Translations under genes and position numbers: made by a program
Source of the DNA: Actinobacteria bacterium UBA7422
GTDB taxonomy: Bacteria > Actinomycetota > Actinomycetes > S36-B12
Length of the DNA stretch: 42,119 bases
Direction of reading: 5' to 3'
NCBI GenBank assembly: GCA_002469525.1
Contig: DKME01000129.1
Coordinates: 8,217-50,335 of the forward strand
Shown here: positions 13,342 through 21,002 of the stretch, piece by piece
Layout of the letters: each line of letters starts with the position of its first letter
How positions within the stretch are numbered: position 1 is the first letter of the stretch
The notes under the pieces: model-generated
What the model saw: the letters and a program-made list of their open reading frames with translations, nothing else
The model's database searches: none
What the model was told of the DNA's origin: nothing

Positions 13342-15668
13342 TGCGTGTCTCCTTAGCCCAGGCACCCACAGATGGTGGATTGTCATGTCTGCGCATGGCT
13401 TTTGCGGAACAACGCGTGCACGTGGGAACCGAAGACTTGCGAAACGTCAGTGGGGTCGGGCGAGACGCACCCGATCAGGACACATTGATTCGTACGGCAG
13501 AATTTTTTGGATTTTCAACCAAGGTAATCGACATTTCGCAACTAATCGAGTCCGGCGTCGCAGAGGGGTCCGAGTCAGTAAGTATGCCGCTTGTGGCGCA
13601 ATGGGGAACTGCTGATCGTCGCTATTTTGTTTTAGTCACGCGAGTGGGTCCCAAGTCGATCGAAATCATTGATCCGTTTGTAGGCCGCCGGTCCTTGGAT
13701 TTTTCCGAGGCGAGGGAATTCCTCCGAGGCGAGGGTTTTCGTGTAAGAGCGGAAGCGAATGAACCGCAACGAAATTCCGAAAGTCCGGAGAGCATCTCGC
13801 GGTACTTCGTTTCTAGTCGCAATGGAACATTGTTCTTAGTTCTTGCAGGACTGGGCCTGATCGTCCCGGGAGTGATTGCTCCAGGTTTTGTTCGAGTTTT
13901 CGTCGACGACTACTTGGCTCGGGGTGACCGGGATAGTCAGTTTGCGGTACTTGGAGGGCTCACCGCCATGCTGATTCTCACCGTCACCTTGAGTGCATTT
14001 CAACTGATTGCATTAAGAAGGCTTAACACCATTGCGGTTTCGCACATGGGTTCCCGCCTGATGTGGCATTTGTTGCGAATGCCCGCGTGGTTTCTCACAG
14101 CGAGGGATGCAACCAGTCTTGGGTACCGGGTCCAAATCACCCAGCAAATCGCAGGTGTCTTATCCGGTGAGCTCGCCGTTGCCCTGATGGCTGTCTTCAC
14201 GAGTGTGTTCTTTCTCCTCGTAATGTTCATTCTTTCTCCGATCCTGGCCCTTGTCTCCTTCTTTGGTTTCATGACCGTGGTCCTATTGATTCTTCGTGTT
14301 GCTTCAGAGCGCACCCAAGTGCGCCAACGTCAGGCCAGGGAGAAGGAAGTTGGCGCGAATCTGATTGGAACTAGCATTAGAGTTTTAGACACTTTAAAAG
14401 CAACAGGCAATGAAAATATTGCGTTTGACCGCTCCTATTCTTCATTGGGAAGGTTGCTTTCTTTGGGCAACACGCACCTCTGGGCATGGATGGGAATGAT
14501 TCCGATCGCGGTCACTCTCTTCACCACAGTCTTCGTCTTGACCGTAGGTGCGCTGCTAGTGATTATTGGATCAATAACGCAAGGAACCCTTGCGGCTTTT
14601 TTCCTCTTGCTGGCTGGGTTTTTGGCGCCGTTAGTAATCCTTGTTCCAAGCATTGACTCGTTCCTGAGCCTTCGAGGTGCGCTGGAGCAGCTTGACGATA
14701 TTTTGCTGCAAAAAGTAGATCCCGCATTGAGTGATCCATATGTTGATGGTGAAAGTGAAGCGGATCTAGAAGTAGACGTGTTTGACGCTTTAGCGGCGAA
14801 ACCCGGCGTGAGTGAAGGTGATAGCGCCGAAGTTAAAGAGGGCGAAGATGAAGAGGACGCTGAGGTTGACTATTTGTCTCTCCTTGTTGCCAAAGGAGGT
14901 CGTAAGCGCGGATTGAAATCAGGTGGCGGAACGGGCTTAGTGGTTGATCCGTGGGCTGCATCTTTGGAATTAACGAACATCACGTTCGGATACAGTCGAA
15001 TTCTTCCACCGTTGCTGAGCGGCATTGATTTGAAAATCAGTCCAGGACGGGTAGTTGCTTTGGTTGGCGCCAGCGGTTCAGGTAAGTCAACGATCGGTCG
15101 GTTAGTAGCGAGCATGTATCAACCTTGGGAGGGCTCAATCGCTTTGGATGGGAAAGCATTGAGCACGATCTCCCAAGAAACCAAAGCGCACGAAATCAAT
15201 TTTGTTAATCAAGATGTCGTTATTTTCCAAGCTTCTATTCGGGAGAACATCTCGATGTTTAACCCGGATATTCCAGACCGTGACATAGTTAAAGCTGCAA
15301 AGAAGGCACTCCTGCATGACGACATAGTCGCGCGCCCGGGAGGTTATGAATCAATTTTGCAAGAAGATGGCAAGGACCTTTCCGGGGGACAACGACAGAG
15401 ATTAGGAATTGCGCGAGCACTGGTTCGCAACCCACGTTTACTCGTATTAGACGAGGCTACGAGTTCCTTAGACTCACGCACCGAGATGGAAATTGTGAAG
15501 AACCTTCGGGCTCAAGGTTGCACGTCGTTGGTCATTGCGCATCGGCTCTCCACCGTCAGGGACGCTGACGAAATAATTGTGATGGACCAAGGAAAAATTG
15601 TGGAGCGCGGAACGCACAACAGCCTTGCAGCCAATGACGGTCCGTATCGAAAGTTAATGGACTCATGA
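13341..15668 (+). CDS. ABC exporter with degenerate C39-like N-terminal domain (paralogue of the LanT-type subunit)
   Basis: 775 aa from ATG 13341. The ORF-track TTG at 13281 would add 20 atypical residues and overlap the upstream gene. The N-terminus [24 protein letters not shown] aligns to QMESTECGAASLGMVLAHYG with Gly at the catalytic Cys position (13374-13379), and [11 protein letters not shown] has Tyr where His is expected. The NBD is intact ([43 protein letters not shown]). [13 protein letters not shown] and [10 protein letters not shown] parallel LYQPWSGEILIDS and [10 protein letters not shown] of 4233-6377. Confidence 0.8.
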   Translation: [775 protein letters not shown]

Positions 15669-17875
15669 ACCAATCGCCACTAACCCAGCAGAATCAAGAC
15701 CACGAAAGCTCTGCTCGTGCGCGCAAAAAAAATCAGAGCGATCAAGCCGCAGCAACAATGGGTCGTCTGTTAAATCCAGCATTGCCCCTCCCTTCGGCCA
15801 TGCTGGGTGGCGGACGAGTTGGCGAGATTGTTGCGATTTTGGCTCGAGAGATGAATTTTACGCAAAACCCTGTGCAGGTTGATTCGTCTTTGAGCGATCT
15901 TGATCAAGTGGATCGAGCATTGGCGGCGTCAGGTGTTCGAACCCGCAGGGTCACCCTGTCTCAAGATTGGATAGAACTGACAACAATGAACATGGTGGTC
16001 CACACTTCAGGTGGGTTGACTTCAGGTGGATTGGCCGTCGTCGTTCCAGGTTCGCTGCGTAGGCCTCGAATAATTGAGGTTAATGCTGACCCTCGAGATG
16101 TCGATTCAGAGCTGGCCCGGGAAATTTCATTCACTGCCTTGGAAGTGATCCAACCCTTAAAACCCGGAACTCCTCGAAACTGGGATTTGATCAAATTGTC
16201 CGTTTCTGGGATGCGCGGCGATTTGACCTACGCCATTCTGGCTTCCGTAGCCGTCGGGCTCATAAGTCTGGCAATTCCCATTGCCACAAGCCTAATTTTT
16301 TCGAACGTTGTCCCCGAAGGAGACACCGCGCGACTTGGAATAGTTTTCGTCGTCCTCCTCCTCCTCGCCAGCGCCTCCGCGTTTTTCGTGTACCTGCGGA
16401 CTTACCAACTCATTCGCATCTATGACGGAATCGACATGAACATGTTTGGTTCGATCCTAGATCGCATATTGAGACTACCCATGAGTGGGCTGCGAGATTG
16501 GTCGAGTGCGCGCATTGCGTCCAAGGTGAGTTTAAGTGTGCAATTGCAATCAGCAATCGCGCAGGCAATCGGTGTGGGTCTATTCGCTGCACTCCTTGTT
16601 GTACTTAACGGAGTACTCATGCTCGTCTTGATCCCAAGCCTCGGTGCTATCGCGATTTTGCTCGGTGGCGCATTGCTGGGGGCCACCTGGTACCTAATTT
16701 CTCGTGAGAAACAACAAGTGCATGCGGAGCGAATCGCCAGCGACAACTTGGAAGAAGTCACACTGGATTTAGTGCGAGGCTGGGTGCCTATTCGGCTCTC
16801 TGACGGGGAAACCTCGGGCTTTGGTCGTTGGGTGTCAAGTTTTGCCCAGCATAGAAGTGCATATGACGCGCGTTGGCGCTACGAGATGCGCACTGACATT
16901 CTGCGCATCGCCTTTATCGCGATCATGTCCCTCGCATTTGTGTGGACGGCGTACCTGCTGCCGCTTGGAACGATTTCTTCCGCGAGCTTCCTCGCCTTTC
17001 TGTCCGCGTTCACGCAATTTTCATTTGGGATCGCAGGCGTCACGGTTACGATCAGGGCATTCACTCACGCCCTCGTTGATACCGAAAGGGTAAAAGAAAT
17101 TCTGTCGATTCCAGTTGAAGATTCAACGGCCAGGGAATCTCCTGGGATGCTTACTGGCGCCATTGAATTGCGGGGGGTTTCATTTCGTTATGCCGACGAT
17201 TTTCCAAAAGTGTTGAACGATGTTAATTTCACCGTCGGGCCCGGAGATTTTATTGCGATCGTAGGTAGCTCTGGTTCTGGCAAATCCACGTTGCTTCGGC
17301 TGATGCTGGGCTTTGAAGCGGCAACACAAGGTTTAGTGGCCTATGACGACACTGATCTTTCCATGATGGATCTAAACGCTGTGCGACGCCAATTCGGGGT
17401 GGTTTTGCAGTCAAGTTTACTTCTTCCGGGAACGATCCGAGAAAATATCTCTGTCACAACGGGAAGTGTCAGCGACGCTCAACTTTGGCAAGTACTCGAA
17501 CAGGTTGATCTGTACTCATTCGTTGAGGGGCTCCCACTCGGGTTAGACACCGTGATTGACGAAGGCGCGCACGTGCTTTCTGGTGGACAGCGTCAGCGCA
17601 TGCTCCTTGCACGAGCATTGGCTCACGCACCTGCTGTTCTTTTCCTTGACGAGGCAACGAGTGCTCTAGACAACATCAGCCAGAAGGCAGTCTCCGACCG
17701 AATTGAAAATCTGGGAATAACACGAATCGTGATCGCTCACAGGCTCTCTACAATTGAGGCTGCTGACAAGATCATCGTTCTGGATAAAGGTTCGGTTGTT
17801 CAGACCGGTACCTATTCCGAATTAGTGAATCAGCCGGGATTTTTTTCCCAGCTCGTGGCTAGACAGGAGCTGTAA
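15665..17875 (+). CDS. ABC exporter permease/ATPase with ~180-aa Cys-free N-terminal extension (paralogue of 6374-9214)
   Basis: 736 aa; ATGA overlap at 15665-15668. The NBD is intact ([43 protein letters not shown]). [15 protein letters not shown] parallels LQSSKLLPGTIFANI of 6374-9214. The N-terminal region ([24 protein letters not shown]) resembles a C39-like fold, but I saw no Cys in its first ~180 aa. Confidence 0.8.
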   Translation: [736 protein letters not shown]

Positions 17876-18771
17876 TGCGCTCAACCAAGTGGATCTCCAA
17901 GATAGCCATTGGTCTTTTTTTGGGCACCCTCACACTAAGCGGCTGCAGCAGCACAGATCCGTCCACGGTCAGCGAGGGCTCGAATAGTGGGTCGATTGAT
18001 AGCACGGCAATAGATGAGACACGTCCCTCGCGCCCGCTTACGGTTGCCTATTGGAATGCTGCTCCAGGAGCGTATCTCAATAGTGAAGGCGAATTGGTGG
18101 GCTGGGAAATCGAGTTAATCCAACGGGTATCCCGTGAGCTCGAGACCGAAGTTGAGTTCATCCAGATGGATTTCGCAGACATCTTGCCAGCGGTGATTTC
18201 AGGGGAAGTAGATCTTGGGGTCGGTAGTATTTTTTCCACTCCTGAGCGACAAGTGTATGTCGATTTTGTCAATTATGGACAAGGCGGGGTCTCGTGGGCC
18301 ACCCTGACCGATCGCGTGGAAAGTCCGTTTGACCCATGCGGGTGGAGGGTCGCCGGTGAAATAGACACGACGAATGTAAATGTTTCACTTCCGAATGCCT
18401 CAATTGATTGCAGGGCTGCTGGGAAGGAACCCATCACGATTGTGCCGGTCCAAGATTTGCCTGTTGCGGTGAATTTGTTGCAAAGAGAAGAGATAGACGC
18501 CTTTATCGGAGACAGTCCGACCGTTACGTACATTATTCAAGAGTCAGGTGGGCGAATTGCCCAAACAGGGGTCACGCAAGAGGTTCAGTCCTATGGAATC
18601 GCTGTCAATAAAGACGATCGAGAGTTATCAGAGTCTTTCGTTGACGCACTGACAAGTTGGTCAGCGAGCGGGGACTACAACCGCCTGTTAGGCAAGTGGG
18701 CTGTATCCGATAGTGAGGTTAGTTTTTTCACGATTAATCAATTGAATCCAAATGATGCAGAATCACAATAA
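17875..18771 (+). CDS. Family-3 solute-binding protein (amino-acid-type SBP), lipoprotein
   Basis: 298 aa; the ATG overlaps the upstream stop (TAATG at 17873-17877). Lipobox is LTLSGC with Cys24. SBP_bac_3-like core: LTVAYWNAAPGAYLNSEGELVGWEIELIQRVSRELETEVEFIQMDFADILPAVISGEVDLGVGSIFSTPERQVYVDFVNY. Confidence 0.8.
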   Translation: MRSTKWISKIAIGLFLGTLTLSGCSSTDPSTVSEGSNSGSIDSTAIDETRPSRPLTVAYWNAAPGAYLNSEGELVGWEIELIQRVSRELETEVEFIQMDFADILPAVISGEVDLGVGSIFSTPERQVYVDFVNYGQGGVSWATLTDRVESPFDPCGWRVAGEIDTTNVNVSLPNASIDCRAAGKEPITIVPVQDLPVAVNLLQREEIDAFIGDSPTVTYIIQESGGRIAQTGVTQEVQSYGIAVNKDDRELSESFVDALTSWSASGDYNRLLGKWAVSDSEVSFFTINQLNPNDAESQ

Positions 18772-20176
18772 GAAGACCTCGCGTTGGTCGACGCTGACAT
18801 ACCGATTAGCGCTGTTGATCGCCGCATTGCTGGGAATTTCCGCAATCTTAACCACGACATTTGCAGTGAAGACTGTTCAGGATTCCCTCTATGAAGAAGT
18901 AACGCAATCCATGCTCAATGTCCATAATTCTGTTGCTACCACGGTGGCACTCGAGTATGAGGCCGTACAGGCTTACCGTGAAGCAACGCTGCAAAGTCGC
19001 AGGGCTTCACTTGAAAGCATTTCGGCACCCATTGTGTCCTCATTGGATCAACTCGTGCTCCTTGCTGACCGCGGCGAATTGACTCAGGAGCAAGCGCAGT
19101 CATCAGGACTTGATCTCGTTCGTGATGTGAGATTCGGTAACGATGACTACTTTTTTGTGTACAACCGAGATCTGGTAGCAATTGGTCATCCAGATCCTCA
19201 ATTTCAGGGACAGTTTCTCGGAGACATGCAAGATCCAAATGGTCAATTTGTAGTGCGCGACTTGGCCGAAATTGCATTTGATCAAGGTTCAGGTTTCTAT
19301 AGTTACGAATGGGTAAGGCTTGGCCAGGGTGAACCTTCTCCGAAAATTGCCTATGTCTTTCACTACAAACCATGGGACTGGATGATTGGCACCGGTGTTT
19401 ACGTTGATGACATAGATCAGGCAGCCTCGGATCGACTTGAGGTTGTCAAAAGCCAATTGGGCGAATCACTGTACGACATTCGTTTTTCTGAAGGCAGCGT
19501 ATTTTTCGTTCTTGATAGCAGTGGTGAGATTGTGGTGGCACCGAGTGATCAATTTGGTGGCAGTCCAATTGAGAGTACAGATGAAGTACAGAGAATCGGC
19601 ACTTCCATCATCGCTTCCGCACCCACAACTGCTGGAGTGGTGAGTGAGCAGGTGGTGTCGGCTACGTTGCGTGACGGTGTCGCCGAGGAGTGGGTCACCA
19701 ATGTATCTGCTTTTCCCAACCTCGGCTGGTACCTCCTCTCCGCAGTGCCCGCTTCCGAATTGAGCAAAACGGGCCAGAGGATTGCAATAGAGCAAGCGAT
19801 TATGGGTGTAGTGGTCTTGATCCTAGGAATTGGTGCCGGACTGCTACTGAGTCGACGTATTATCCGTCCGGTGCAGAGTGTGACGAATGCGGCTCGGGAA
19901 CTCTCCGAGGATCGATTTGATCCAGATACTCTCAATCAAGCTGCCGAACGAAAAGACGAGGTCGGTGAATTGGCTCGTGTTTTCCAGCGGATGGGTAAGG
20001 AGCTGATCGAGCGAGAACGCAAGTTACGTGAGCAAGTGGCAAAGCTCAAAGTACAAATTGACCGCAGCAAACTAGCCGAAGACATTGAAGAGATTACTGA
20101 GACCGATTACTTCAAACGAATCAAAGCGCAAGCTGATGAGATGCGAAAGAACAAACCGAGCAAGGAAACAGAATGA
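18752..20176 (+). CDS. Membrane sensor with periplasmic/extracellular Cache-like domain and cytoplasmic HAMP domain, no recognisable output domain
   Basis: 474 aa; overlaps the SBP gene by 20 nt. TM1 is LALLIAALLGISAILTTTFAV. A ~300-aa extracytoplasmic region carries a Cache-type motif (DDYFFVYNRDLVAIGHPDPQFQGQ ... YSYEWVR ... KIAYVFHYKPWDWMIGTGVYVDD). TM2 is AIMGVVVLILGIGAGLLLS. HAMP is RRIIRPVQSVTNAARELSE...DEVGELARVFQRMGKEL. It ends in a ~55-aa charged coiled-coil tail. Confidence 0.7.
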   Translation: MMQNHNKKTSRWSTLTYRLALLIAALLGISAILTTTFAVKTVQDSLYEEVTQSMLNVHNSVATTVALEYEAVQAYREATLQSRRASLESISAPIVSSLDQLVLLADRGELTQEQAQSSGLDLVRDVRFGNDDYFFVYNRDLVAIGHPDPQFQGQFLGDMQDPNGQFVVRDLAEIAFDQGSGFYSYEWVRLGQGEPSPKIAYVFHYKPWDWMIGTGVYVDDIDQAASDRLEVVKSQLGESLYDIRFSEGSVFFVLDSSGEIVVAPSDQFGGSPIESTDEVQRIGTSIIASAPTTAGVVSEQVVSATLRDGVAEEWVTNVSAFPNLGWYLLSAVPASELSKTGQRIAIEQAIMGVVVLILGIGAGLLLSRRIIRPVQSVTNAARELSEDRFDPDTLNQAAERKDEVGELARVFQRMGKELIERERKLREQVAKLKVQIDRSKLAEDIEEITETDYFKRIKAQADEMRKNKPSKETE

Positions 20177-20183
20177 GGTTCAT

Positions 20184-20939
20184 GTGAAAAGCACCAAGGC
20201 AACTGTCAAGATTATTGCAGCATTTGTGGGTCTTGCGTTTGTCGCCACAATTTCAGTTGGTCCTGTGTCGGTCCAAGCAGACACTTCACGGGCGGGCGCT
20301 CCTTTTGTGCAGCAAATTGGCACCTATGACTATCTCGCAGGGCCGAACTATCAAGGCTTACTCCCTATTAAGGAAATCTCAGAATCTGCCGATATTGGTT
20401 TAGGAACATTTAATAACCTCGATGGCGAAATGGTCGTACTTGATGGAACCGTCTACCGGGTGGGAACCGATGGGGTACCAAAGAAAGTTTCGACCAAGCG
20501 GCTTACCCCCTTTATGCAGGTCGTGGACTTTGATCCCAAGGCATCTATGCGAGTGGCCCCAAACACAGCATGCAGTGCCTTGCCGGAGATTGTTGACACG
20601 CTCGTTAAGTCAACCCAAGGAATTGTGTCGGTCAAGCTCAGCGGGGTCTTCTACGACCTCGAACTGCGAAGTGTTCCGGCCCAGCTAGTTCCATTCCCTT
20701 CCCTCATGGACGCGGTCGGTAGCCAAGTGAAATTCCCGCTGGGAAGAATTAACGCCACGCTCGTTGGTTTCCGGCAAGGGCCCGATGCGAAAGGGCTAGG
20801 TGCACCAGGGCTGCACCTGCACGGTCTTTCCAAGTCGAAAGCTTCTGGCGGCCACGTGCTTTCCTGTGTCACCGGTCCTCGAGTCCTCCTGGAAGTCCAA
20901 CAAACTAGCGGTGCCTCGGTCCACATGCCCCACGATTAA
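20184..20939 (+). CDS. Alpha-acetolactate decarboxylase family protein with predicted N-terminal signal peptide
   Basis: 251 aa from GTG 20184, with GAGG at 20175-20178; the start is 8 nt after the upstream stop. A signal-like N-terminus (KSTKATVKIIAAFVGLAFVATISVGPVSVQA/D) precedes ALDC motifs IGLGTFNNLDGEMVVLDGTVYRV and the His cluster LHLHG...GGHVL. The ORF-track start at 20085 lies inside the upstream gene. Confidence 0.7.
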   Translation: MKSTKATVKIIAAFVGLAFVATISVGPVSVQADTSRAGAPFVQQIGTYDYLAGPNYQGLLPIKEISESADIGLGTFNNLDGEMVVLDGTVYRVGTDGVPKKVSTKRLTPFMQVVDFDPKASMRVAPNTACSALPEIVDTLVKSTQGIVSVKLSGVFYDLELRSVPAQLVPFPSLMDAVGSQVKFPLGRINATLVGFRQGPDAKGLGAPGLHLHGLSKSKASGGHVLSCVTGPRVLLEVQQTSGASVHMPHD

Positions 20940-21002
20940 AAGCAGTTTTAAAAACAGTTTCTGCCGCGAGGGCCCTCGGTGCTTCACCACATGGCGCCCA
21001 GA

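Noticed and set aside
20085-20183. The upstream ATG at 20085 for the ALDC-family ORF.
   Set aside because: It lies within the Cache-HAMP coding region. The GTG at 20184 has a GAGG just upstream and gives a canonical signal-peptide N-terminus.
20963-20982. The palindrome CGAGGGCCCTCG between the convergent ALDC-family and apt genes, considered as a bidirectional terminator.
   Set aside because: Once a loop is allowed, only about 4 bp can pair, and no U-tract follows on either strand. It is too weak to call.
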